Shown here piece by piece: positions 50,951 through 59,344 of a stretch of 62,192 bases of DNA; position 1 is the first letter of the stretch, and every line of letters begins with the position of its first letter. The position numbers and the translations under genes are program-made. Below the pieces are notes generated by a model. That model did no database searches and was not told the DNA's origin. It saw only the letters and a program-made list of their open reading frames with translations. Origin of the DNA: Gemmatimonadota bacterium (GTDB taxonomy: Bacteria; Gemmatimonadota; Gemmatimonadetes; Gemmatimonadales; Gemmatimonadaceae); assembly GCA_040389905.1 (NCBI GenBank), contig JAZJZK010000059.1:1-62192 (forward strand), written 5' to 3'.

Positions 50951-51040
50951 GAAGCACCTCTTTGCCGGACTAAGCGATGTCTTCCCGTACGAGCCGCGTA
51001 GCGAGTGAGTGCGGGATGACCGCCACCCTTACTCACTGCT

Positions 51041-51231
51041 CGATCGGCGACGTCGGCGCGATCGGCATGGCGCGGTGGCTGGCGAGCCTGCTCGACGACG
51101 TGAGTCCGACCGATTCCGTCGTGCTGGTGGCGATGCCCCTCGGATTGGCGGCGGTGGCGCTCGCGACGTGCTACCTGCCCGCTCGGCGAGCGGCGGGGAG
51201 CGATCCGCTGACGGTGCTGCGCCGGGACTGA
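51041..51231 (+). pseudogene. Inverted 3' end of an ABC (MacB/FtsX-type) permease
   Basis: IGDVGAIGMARWLASLL..VSPTD..CYLPARRAA..DPLTVLR, the typical permease C-terminus; continues the minus-strand fragment in frame if flipped. Confidence 0.8.
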
Positions 51232-51250
51232 GTCGAATTCACCAGAGGGA

Positions 51251-51880
51251 CGACGTCGCCGATCGCCACACCAAGCCCCGCCAGCACGGCACGTTCGCCC
51301 AGTATCAGGCGAATGAGTCTCCTTGGCTCGGCGCCTACGGCGAGCCGGATGCCAACCTCACGGCCGCGATTCGCGACGTGAAGTGACATGACGCCATAAA
51401 TCCCGACGACCGCCAGAATCAATCCGACGAGGGCGAAGCCGCCAAGCAGGAGCTTCGTGAGCCGCCGCGTCGCGAATGTGCGATCGACGATGGTCGAGAG
51501 ACTCTGTACATCATCGAGCGGAATCGACGGCTCCATCTCGGTGCTCGCACGACGTGTGTTGGCGATCACGCCCGCCCATGGGCCGCTCGTGCGCGACGCG
51601 AGTGACAACGGATTGCCACCGGCCTGAGGAAGGCTGAAGTACATGTGCGGCCAGGGCGCTTCTGCCGCGTCTCCGTCACGCAAAGCGCCAACGACACCGA
51701 TGATCGAGAACCATTGCTGGTTGCCCGTATTGCGAACCTGCTTGCCGATCGCCTTCGCTCCCTTCCAGTATCGGTTCGCGAATGTCGCGTCCACCAATGA
51801 CGACGTTCACACTCGCCGAGTCATCGCCAGCAACAAAATCGCGTCCCGCAAGCAGCGGAATGCTGAGAGTATTGAAGTAC
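51251..51880 (-). pseudogene. Internal fragment of an ABC (MacB/FtsX-type) permease
   Basis: YFNTLSIPLLAGRDF...(frameshift ~51797)...VDATFANRYW, VGIYGVMS, REVGIRLAVGA; 5' part missing, starts at an attC. Confidence 0.85.
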
Positions 51881-51966
51881 GCCCCAGCTAAGCTGCGAAC
51901 GCATCACATAAATGCGAGCGAACCGAGCTACCGACGATCGCTCGTCAGCTTCAGCGCACGTTATTT
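51874..51966 (-). other. attC site (distal; HicAB cassette), non-canonical R'
   Basis: Minus: AAATAAC..gctGaagctgAcgagcg ... cgttcgcagcttagc..GTACTTC; two unpaired bases. Confidence 0.75.
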
Positions 51967-51974
51967 GCAAGTGA

Positions 51975-52196
51975 CTATGCGGCCAGAAAGTCTTCAGCGA
52001 AGACGCCGATGTCCCGGCAGATCTGGCGCAAGAGAATCGGTGAGATGTCGCGTCCTCCGTGCATCGGCACCGTCGTGGCGCGGCCATCCGGATGACGGAA
52101 CTGCTTGTGAGACCCACGCTGCCGGACCTCGACGAACCCGAGCCGTTCAAGGCGCGCGACGACCTCACGCGGCTTGAGCACCGGCAGCGAACCCAT
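51975..52196 (-). CDS. hicA: HicA-family toxin
   Basis: [28 protein letters not shown]. Confidence 0.93.
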   Translation of the reverse strand: MGSLPVLKPREVVARLERLGFVEVRQRGSHKQFRHPDGRATTVPMHGGRDISPILLRQICRDIGVFAEDFLAA

Positions 52197-52406
52197 TCAG
52201 GCAACGCGAACCGTCTGGGTCCCAACGAACTCGGCTTCGAGGTGCGGCTCACCGTCCTCGAGGAGCATGGCCACAACCTCTGCGAGGTTGGCCTGCAATT
52301 CTTCCATGCTCTCGCCCTGGCTATGCGCGCCGCGAAAGCCCGGAATATGGCCCACGAGCAACCCAGTCTCCGTGTCCCGCTCGACCACTGCTGTATATGA
52401 CCGCAT
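52197..52406 (-). CDS. hicB: HicB-family antitoxin (short form)
   Basis: GGAGG RBS; VGHIPGFRGAHSQGESMEE. Confidence 0.9.
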   Translation of the reverse strand: MRSYTAVVERDTETGLLVGHIPGFRGAHSQGESMEELQANLAEVVAMLLEDGEPHLEAEFVGTQTVRVA

Positions 52407-52624
52407 GCTGACCCTCCAGTGCAGAGATTCTGATTTGAAGATAGGGACGGTCCGCCATGGTGGATAGCTACGCGAGCAGGGACGAACGCGGGCGCTCAGC
52501 AATGATGCGTGCCGAGGATGCACGCTGACGGCGGCGTTCCCAGTTCGAGGGGAGTGTTGCAATGATCCGGCGACACGAGCATCGCAGTTGTCGTGCACTG
52601 TCCTGTCATCGACAGCTTGTTGCC

Positions 52625-52694
52625 ATATAACGTCTTTGGCCATCAGCCGCGAGCGCCGCTGCGGCGAACGCCGGCTGCATGGCCTTGCTGGCAT
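52625..52694 (-). other. attC site with degenerate R''
   Basis: Minus: TGCCAGC aaggccatGcagccg ... cggctgatggcc aaagac GTTATAT. Confidence 0.7.
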
Positions 52695-52921
52695 GTCACA
52701 CTATCCGACGATCAAGCCCGCGTCTTCCTGGCGCCAGCGATTCTGTCGGGGCCGCGCACACCGACGGGCAATCGGCGGAACGGGCCGCGATCAACAGCAT
52801 CTGGCCTTTGTGGGTCTTCAGGAAGTCGAGTGCGTAGCAGCGTGTTGGCGGAAAGGAGTTGTGCGTTTGCGATCCGCGGTCGACGGTCAACGATTTCTCC
52901 CGGCCGACTAAACTGCGCCGG

Positions 52922-53686
52922 TTAACCCGGCCCCGTCTTGCTGCCGATCACGTAGCCAAATTGAATCGATCCAAACGTGATCACGGTTAGCAGGTATGAG
53001 ACGATTCCCTGGACGCACCGCGCATCGACGCCGGCATCGCGCAGGGTGGCGGCGTATTGTCTGGTGTGGCGCGCGTCCACGATCAGCACATGTCCGCCGG
53101 AATTAAGCACGCGCGCGATCTCGCGCACGGCGGTTTGCCGCTCGCCGGCGTTGTAGATGTTGTGCAACGCCATGCTCGAGAGGACGACGTTGAAGCTGGC
53201 GTCGTCGAAAGGCAGCTTGCGTGCATCACCGGTGTGCACCTCGACCTTGTCGGCCACGCCTTCGATCATCGCGTTGTTGAGTGTCCCCGCAGCGTTGTTG
53301 CCGCTAAGATCTTCTTGCTGCCATTTGTCGATCCCGACCGCGCGGCCGGTGGAGAGCCGCTTGGCGGCGCCGATCAGAAACAAGCCGAGACCGCACCCCA
53401 CATCCAGCACGCGCTCATCACCCCGCCAGGCAATCTTGTCGAGGTATTCTTCGCGCTCGCGCGCCTTGCCGATCTTGCTGTCGTAAAGCATCCACAGGCC
53501 CATCGCGCCGCTGCCCAGGCCGGCCCCGATCAATGGCCGCGCGATCGCCGCGATGAGGTCTTCCCTTGACCACACGCCGAGCAGCCGCGTGATCAGCGAG
53601 ATCACTCCCAGCGCTGCCACGATGAACAGGTTGCGCACCGCCAGCGGCGCGTCGATGCCGTAGTTGGGGGCGGGATTGCGTTTCAT
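52922..53686 (-). CDS. Class I SAM-dependent methyltransferase with N-terminal TM helices
   Basis: YGIDAP; VLDVGCGLG; GDARKLPF; SSMALHNI. Confidence 0.9.
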   Translation of the reverse strand: MKRNPAPNYGIDAPLAVRNLFIVAALGVISLITRLLGVWSREDLIAAIARPLIGAGLGSGAMGLWMLYDSKIGKAREREEYLDKIAWRGDERVLDVGCGLGLFLIGAAKRLSTGRAVGIDKWQQEDLSGNNAAGTLNNAMIEGVADKVEVHTGDARKLPFDDASFNVVLSSMALHNIYNAGERQTAVREIARVLNSGGHVLIVDARHTRQYAATLRDAGVDARCVQGIVSYLLTVITFGSIQFGYVIGSKTGPG

Positions 53687-53747
53687 TCAGCGGCAAAACC
53701 TAATACTTGTTTGCTCACGACGCCACCACATGCCGGGGCGCTGACCA

Positions 53748-53842
53748 AACCAACGCCAAAGTGCACTTGCAAGGGAATCAAACAAATGCGAGCGCAGCGC
53801 GCTACCGAAGCTCCTTTGACAAGTGCAACGCCTCGTTAGAAT
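53748..53842 (-). other. attC site (DUF2971 cassette)
   Basis: Minus: ATTCTAAC..gtTgcacttgTcaaagga ... tcccttgcaagtgcac..GTTGGTT. Confidence 0.85.
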
Positions 53843-53857
53843 GCACGGCGGGAGACA

Positions 53858-54634
53858 CTATCCCTCAGACTGGATTTCTACTCCGAAATGATGCGTCGCT
53901 AGGTGCGCTCGCTTCACGGCAACTGAAGGTACGCGCGCCTGCGCCCATTGGGCGAGGGTGGCTTGAGTGGACGTGGTCATCCGAGCCCCAAATATGACGG
54001 CAGTGAGGCACTCAGGCGGAAACGCTTTCACGCCCTGTCCCCAGATAATAAGCCTCCATTCTTGCTCATATGACCAAGGCGTTGCCTTCGTCAGGAATGT
54101 CGGACGAAAGGTATCATCACCAGAATGCGTGATCGGCCTAGGTACGGGATACTCGCTCTGGTAATGGACCGCATGCGCTTCCCCGATAGCGGCGGCCAGT
54201 TGCGAACGGTCGAACTCTAGGCACACGCCTGTGTGCGAGTGCGCATAGTGACCCCACATGAGAATGTCGTCGGGGCATGCAGACATGCAGCAAAGGCCAA
54301 TGTCTACGTCAAACCGGCGGTCGATGTTCTGAGCCACATTCGCCTCCCGGATCTGCCGATCTGAAACGACGCGCTCAACTATCTCCTTACGCTGGTTGGC
54401 GGTGAGCCCGGGCTCCTTCGCTACGGTCTTCGTGGCGTAGGCGCGTATTTGCTCCCGAGTGCCATCGAGCGAAAGGCGCGGCCGACAATCGAAGGGATCA
54501 TTGAACGCCGTGCGAGCAGCAAAGAACAACTCATGGTGCAAGATAGTACGCTCGGCGTACTTCAGGCGCTCGCCTGCAAGGCTCGCGTATTTGTAGAGAT
54601 GGCGCGGCTCGTTGTCAGCTGTGGGAGCTGCCAT
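53858..54634 (-). CDS. DUF2971-domain protein
   Basis: LYKY, FNDPFD, LMWGHYA..HTGVCLEF, TK...WSYEQEWR; GGAG RBS before MAAPT. Confidence 0.88.
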   Translation of the reverse strand: MAAPTADNEPRHLYKYASLAGERLKYAERTILHHELFFAARTAFNDPFDCRPRLSLDGTREQIRAYATKTVAKEPGLTANQRKEIVERVVSDRQIREANVAQNIDRRFDVDIGLCCMSACPDDILMWGHYAHSHTGVCLEFDRSQLAAAIGEAHAVHYQSEYPVPRPITHSGDDTFRPTFLTKATPWSYEQEWRLIIWGQGVKAFPPECLTAVIFGARMTTSTQATLAQWAQARVPSVAVKRAHLATHHFGVEIQSEG

Positions 54635-54656
54635 CCGGACTCCGTGGGATGAGTGC

Positions 54657-54748
54657 ATTCTACGCCCAAGCTCAGCTGCGGGCGAGTTCATAAAGCGAGC
54701 GAAGCGAGCCATCATTGAATCGCCCGACTGCTGCAACGCATGTTATTC
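54657..54748 (-). other. attC site (HEPN cassette), R' missing one T
   Basis: Minus: GAATAAC (contains the gene stop)..gttGcagcagTcgggcga ... tcgcccgcagctgagc..GTAGAAT. Confidence 0.8.
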
Positions 54749-55852
54749 AGCAGCTTGGCGCTCCAGGGCTGAACCGAGGTCGGCGGGCGCAGCGAACGGT
54801 ATGATGCGACCGAACATGCCCCAGACTGTGCGCCACAGCATCGTTGTTCGGTCATTTAGGACAATTAACTGCTCGGGATCTTCCGCATCAATGAACCCGT
54901 GAGCGATAGCATTGCGAAAGCGTGATAGGCTCATGCTGCGCGGCTGCGCATAGAAGACCTCATTGATATAGAGGCTGGCCGCGGGGCCGAAACACACCTC
55001 CAATGCATGCTTGGCTCTGACGGAGAATGCAGGATCTGCTACCGAATGATATAGGTGTCTGACCTGCGCCAACGTGAGACGTCCGTTGCTGCCGCGCAGA
55101 TACTCGTCAATGGCTGCTTGCTTGGCGGCATCGTTGGTGCGGGCCAGAGGGCGTATGAGTAACACCGCGTCAATGAGGCACTCGAATGCGTTCCAGTAGG
55201 CCGCAAACGTGCGGACTGTGTCGTCTCGCGAAACCTCATTCATGAGGTTTCTGGACTCTCTAATCCAATAGAGCGCCGTGGCAACCTTGCGCTGAATATT
55301 CAGCGGCAACGTAGCGAATGCACTGACGGTCGGCGCGACGTCATGTGCATCGAGCGCCACCAATGTGCCACCGCCGCGAAGATGTGTGATCCAACACCAC
55401 CAACGCACAGGATTGTTGCCCCAATCCGCTAGTGTCAGTATGCCGCAAACTACGTTTGCTCGCGCAATCGCGTCAGACACTCCAGCGACGGTGCGTTCGC
55501 TGATGGTAATGGTGCCCTTGAGGGTAGTTCGGGCGTTCAGATCGATTGAATTGGAGGACCGCAGAACCTGTTCCTGGGAAATAGAGATTCCAAGGGTCGG
55601 ATAGTTCAGTGAAGTCGACGGAGCCTCGAAGTCTCCGTATACGAGAATGTGCAGCCGATCTTCCCATTCGGCGGGCCAGCTCAGCAGACGCTGCTCGAGG
55701 GCCGCAACGCCCCACGCATGACTCCAAGACAGGCCACTCGATTGGAGCGCTTTGGCGCGAACGAACACATCGTCCGCCTGAGCATCGTCAGTTGCCACGA
55801 GGAGTTTCGGAAGGGGCTGTGGTCCTAAAGATGCGCTGCTGTTGTGTGGCAC
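54743..55852 (-). CDS. Hypothetical protein with C-terminal HEPN-like motif
   Basis: YWNAFECL and RNAIAH (R-x4-H) motifs; start uncertain. Confidence 0.7.
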   Translation of the reverse strand: MPHNSSASLGPQPLPKLLVATDDAQADDVFVRAKALQSSGLSWSHAWGVAALEQRLLSWPAEWEDRLHILVYGDFEAPSTSLNYPTLGISISQEQVLRSSNSIDLNARTTLKGTITISERTVAGVSDAIARANVVCGILTLADWGNNPVRWWCWITHLRGGGTLVALDAHDVAPTVSAFATLPLNIQRKVATALYWIRESRNLMNEVSRDDTVRTFAAYWNAFECLIDAVLLIRPLARTNDAAKQAAIDEYLRGSNGRLTLAQVRHLYHSVADPAFSVRAKHALEVCFGPAASLYINEVFYAQPRSMSLSRFRNAIAHGFIDAEDPEQLIVLNDRTTMLWRTVWGMFGRIIPFAAPADLGSALERQAAE

Positions 55853-55942
55853 ACCGTGATATATGGCGTCCGGCGAGAGGCCGTCCCGACGAGGATGCCG
55901 GATGCGAGCGCAGCTCTCGGGCGCGCGCCATCGCCGTTCAGG

Positions 55943-56284
55943 CTAGACATCATGCGCGCGCGCCTCGACCTGTCTTTCAAGCTCGTCGGGATCACGGTGC
56001 TGATCGAGGCACCCGAGAACGTGAACCGCTCCCGGGATGACCACGTAGTAGATGCTGTACGGGAAACGCGGAATGAGCGCGCGCCGCACGGGCGGATCGA
56101 GTTGATCGAAGACGATCCGACGAGCTTGCGGCCAGCGCCGGACCGACTTCAGGCACGCATCGATCGCACGGATCAGTTTGACGCCGAGTCCGGCTCGCTG
56201 GCCGGCGTACCACCCAACGGCTGCGTCCATGTCGGCCTCGGCCTCCTCGTGGATGATGAGGGCAGCCCGCCGTCCGCGTGTCAC
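55943..56284 (-). CDS. RelE/ParE-family toxin
   Basis: EAEADM..AVGWY..QRAGLG, RRALIPRFPYSIYY; GTGA overlap with antitoxin. Confidence 0.85.
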   Translation of the reverse strand: MTRGRRAALIIHEEAEADMDAAVGWYAGQRAGLGVKLIRAIDACLKSVRRWPQARRIVFDQLDPPVRRALIPRFPYSIYYVVIPGAVHVLGCLDQHRDPDELERQVEARAHDV

Positions 56285-56550
56285 AACCGACGACGGCGTT
56301 TCACAGAGCGTTTCGTCGGCTCGCCCGCCGCCGCCCGGGCGAGCAGCCGATCCTTCACTTCCTCCCATGGCGTCCCTGCGGCGGGATCCGCTAGATACGC
56401 AGCGTGTCGGCGCGTGATCTCAGTCTCGTGGGTCGAGGGCACGGGCAGGTCGTCCTGGTGCTTCAGGGCGATACTGTCCCAGAGATCAACGGCCAGTTGA
56501 GCGCGTTGGCTGGGCGTGAGGTGGCTGAAGTCGAAGAGCGGGTGCGCCAT
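56281..56550 (-). CDS. Addiction-module antitoxin component
   Basis: LTPSQRAQLAVDLWDSI...EITRR..AY..DP..GTPWEEVK. Confidence 0.85.
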   Translation of the reverse strand: MAHPLFDFSHLTPSQRAQLAVDLWDSIALKHQDDLPVPSTHETEITRRHAAYLADPAAGTPWEEVKDRLLARAAAGEPTKRSVKRRRRL

Positions 56551-56744
56551 CTCTGAAGAATGTCGACCGTAGCCGGACGGGGCAAGCGACGGCGTGTCTG
56601 GGCGAACAATTGGCGGTCCCGGGCGGTTCCGGGACACGAGAGTCGCCGTTCAGGTGGATCGCAACGCGTGCAGGACCGACAGTGCCTTGGCGAGCGGCAC
56701 TCGGCACCATGAGCTATGCGAACACCTCAGATTGGTAGATGTCT

Positions 56745-57287
56745 ATCCGCCAGAAGTCGCGCAACAGGGTGAGGGCGGCGGTCGGCAGGGGAACGAGGCG
56801 ATCTTTCCCACCCTTGCCGCCGCGGATATGGAGCAACTGGCGCGCGCCGTCAATCGCCGGCACCCTGCAGCCGCAGCCCCTCGAGCAGCCGGAGGCCGCA
56901 GGTATGGAGGAGGGTCAGGCAGACGCGGTACGGACGCATGCGCACGGCCGCCAGCACGCGCTGCACTTCCTCTTGGCTCAGGACGACGGGGAGCCGTGCC
57001 TCGCGTTTCGGGCGCGCAACGTCGAGGACCGTCCACTGCCAGCCGAGCGTTTCCTGATAGAAGAACTTCAACCCGCACAGTGTCTGCGTAAAACTGCTCG
57101 CGGCAATCCGGCGCACGGTACTGAGATGCAGCAGGTAATCGCGCAGCTGCTCTTCCGTCAGCCGGTCAGGGGAGATCCCATAGAACTTGGCCAACTGCGA
57201 GACCGCGAGCAGGTACGCCTTGATCGTGGGCTCGGCATAGCCACGGAGCTGCAGGTCCTCGGTCATCCGGCGGCGAAGGGCTGTCAA
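56745..57287 (-). pseudogene. Tyrosine recombinase remnant (SAM-like N-domain), of the type paired with IS91-family transposases
   Basis: LRRRMTEDLQLRGY..TIKAY, LPVVLSQEEV, CGLRLLE; frameshift ~56860; GKGGKDRLVPL; similarity stops at LRDFWR, so no HxxR or Tyr. Confidence 0.8.
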
Positions 57288-57405
57288 ACCATCCTCTCGG
57301 AAAAGGGTCGAGAGGACCAGACAGCGCAACTCTCCCGCGGGCAATCACCTGAGGGTGGGGCGCGACGATCCTAATCGCTCCGCCTATCCGCCGCAGGCAG
57401 ATTGA

Positions 57406-57462
57406 GTTCAACAGCAGATTCTGCCGTGGCTTCGCGCGGCAAGAATCTCTGTATCGTTAGCT
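57406..57462 (-). other. attC-like site (FAD oxidoreductase cassette), right arm shortened
   Basis: Minus: AGCTAAC gatacag agattcTtgccg ... cggcagaatct gct GTTGAAC. Confidence 0.65.
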
Positions 57463-57490
57463 GGCGGCGCAACGAAGCCGAGGAATAGTG

Positions 57491-58678
57491 TCAGACGATG
57501 TGCTTCGCCACTTCGCGAGCGAGATCGAACATGAGGCTGGCCTTACCTGGGAGCGCCACGGTCAAACCCCGGACGCCGTGACCGCCCATGCCCTCATCCT
57601 CGGTGTACACCTTGATATCCACACACGGATGAGAGGCGTTGTATTGCTCGGTCTTGAAACAGGTGCGGGGCGTGAAGCCTGACATGCTGAATGGCCGAAC
57701 CGACGCCGACGCGAAGCACTGGTCCATCTCGGCGTTCAACGCAGCCACGTCGGACGGTGCCGTCCTCAGCGCTTCGAGCGAGCACCCGCGGACACCGTAC
57801 ACGACTCGGAAGTCCGTTCCGGCCGCGAGTATGTGATCGCGGTAGGGCACCAGGGTGAAGTCACCCCGCGTCCCGTCCTCCTTTTCTACATCCAGCCAGA
57901 CCGTGATCCGGTCAAGGTCCTGCTGCGACTCTCGTATACCGCGCTTGAACGCAACAACCAGGCATTTCTTCCGAATCAGTGGGAGGCTGACGCCGATTCC
58001 CTCGAGGAGCTCGTGCGACCATGCTCCCGCAGCCACGATACACTGATCGCAGGTGAGCGTCCCGCGTCTCCCGTGCCATTCGTAGTCCACGCCAGTCATT
58101 CCGTGCGGCCCGCGGCGCAGGTCCAGTACCCTCGCCCCCTCCATGACCGTACCCGTGGCTTTGATCGCGGGCAGGTGTCTGCTATCCTCGAGTTGTCCGG
58201 CGATATGCCGGCGCATGTCGCGGACGAGTGCCGGAAAATCAACGGCACAGTCCGGAGTAACCCAACCGCCCGAGAAGTTGATGCCAAGCGACGCAAGCCT
58301 CGCCCGGTCGCCGGCCTCCAGAGGGTAGGCATCTGGAACGCGTCGACCGTCGGCCTTCCACTTCGCCCACATATCAGTACGAGCACGGAGGGTGTCGTCG
58401 GTTAGCGCAAGGAAATAGGCCTTCTGTGGGCCGACGAGATACTTCGCCTTGATGTCCCAGTCGATGTTCCGGTGCGTCCATGCCCGCTCAGCCAAACTTT
58501 CGGAGGGGTACAGCAGGCCGCTGTGGAGCCACTTCTGATTGGTGTCGGTGGCGCTCGGGACATCATCGCCGTGGCAGAGTAGGGTGACGCGCTTACCCTC
58601 CTCGGCCAGTCGGTGCGCAATGGCGGCACCCGCGCAGCCACCGACTACTACAACCTGAGGCAGTCGTCCGTCCGTCAT
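57491..58678 (-). CDS. FAD-dependent oxidoreductase (DAO/GlpD-like)
   Basis: VVVVGGCAG, NQKWLHSGLLY, IVAAGAWS; GAGG RBS. Confidence 0.8.
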   Translation of the reverse strand: MTDGRLPQVVVVGGCAGAAIAHRLAEEGKRVTLLCHGDDVPSATDTNQKWLHSGLLYPSESLAERAWTHRNIDWDIKAKYLVGPQKAYFLALTDDTLRARTDMWAKWKADGRRVPDAYPLEAGDRARLASLGINFSGGWVTPDCAVDFPALVRDMRRHIAGQLEDSRHLPAIKATGTVMEGARVLDLRRGPHGMTGVDYEWHGRRGTLTCDQCIVAAGAWSHELLEGIGVSLPLIRKKCLVVAFKRGIRESQQDLDRITVWLDVEKEDGTRGDFTLVPYRDHILAAGTDFRVVYGVRGCSLEALRTAPSDVAALNAEMDQCFASASVRPFSMSGFTPRTCFKTEQYNASHPCVDIKVYTEDEGMGGHGVRGLTVALPGKASLMFDLAREVAKHIV

Positions 58679-58712
58679 TCGCCACCTCTTACTGGAATCA
58701 AAAGGGGACTAT

Positions 58713-58807
58713 GTCCAACGCCGAAGCTCTGCTGCAAGCGACTCAATAAAATGCGAAGCGCAGCGAGCTACCGCAAATCGCTTGACAGCAGCAGCGCACG
58801 TTAAGGC
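58713..58807 (-). other. attC site (zinc-ribbon cassette)
   Basis: Minus: GCCTTAAC..gctGctgctgTcaagcga ... tcgcttgcagcagagc..GTTGGAC; canonical extrahelical G and T. Confidence 0.88.
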
Positions 58808-58828
58808 GCAGGCGCACAACTGGCCGCA

Positions 58829-59239
58829 CTATGCCTTCCCGTCGCCGCGCTCGACCTCGACTCCCGTTAGGCCAATCGTCAACCGTCGTATGCCCCCCAC
58901 CTTACTCAGTATGCGACGCAGATTCCTGGTGAAGCCGCATGTACGACACTCGACGTGCGCTACGAATGCAAAAGAGCCGTTCGTTTGCTCCAGTGAGCGC
59001 ACGCGATATCGGAACCACTTGAACGCGCATTGTGGGCAAGGGAGCGACGGATACTGAACAGGTATCTCGCGTCGGGCGACGTCAAATATCGTTCCGCAAT
59101 TCGCGCAATGTCCGTGGATACACTGTACGACCTTCGCCTTCCCCTCGACTTCCCAAGAGTCTTCACCGGCAGTGAACTTTGTAAGCACCACAGCCTCGCG
59201 CGCCCGTACGTCATCGAGTCCGCAACTAGGGCATTGCAT
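58829..59239 (-). CDS. Hypothetical protein with four CxxC motifs (double zinc ribbon)
   Basis: CPSC, CANC, CPQC, CRTC in 136 aa; bounded by attC sites. Confidence 0.7.
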   Translation of the reverse strand: MQCPSCGLDDVRAREAVVLTKFTAGEDSWEVEGKAKVVQCIHGHCANCGTIFDVARREIPVQYPSLPCPQCAFKWFRYRVRSLEQTNGSFAFVAHVECRTCGFTRNLRRILSKVGGIRRLTIGLTGVEVERGDGKA

Positions 59240-59344
59240 CAACGGTCCAGGACCGCTCTGCGATAGCGGAGCAGCGACCGGGGGTCTGGTGAGGGAGCGC
59301 TTGGGAGTCAATGCAAGTGTCCTTCGATGAGATAGGTGTTGTCG

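Noticed and set aside
52885..52927. GGTTAAC...GTTGACC after the methyltransferase stop as an attC
   Set aside because: Only 43 bp with no convincing L boxes; at most a collapsed remnant.
56745..57344. Integrase as the integron integrase intI of the array
   Set aside because: It lies inside the array, co-oriented with the cassettes, and is frameshifted and truncated. Its N-terminus fits the IS91-associated type better, and no attI is evident.
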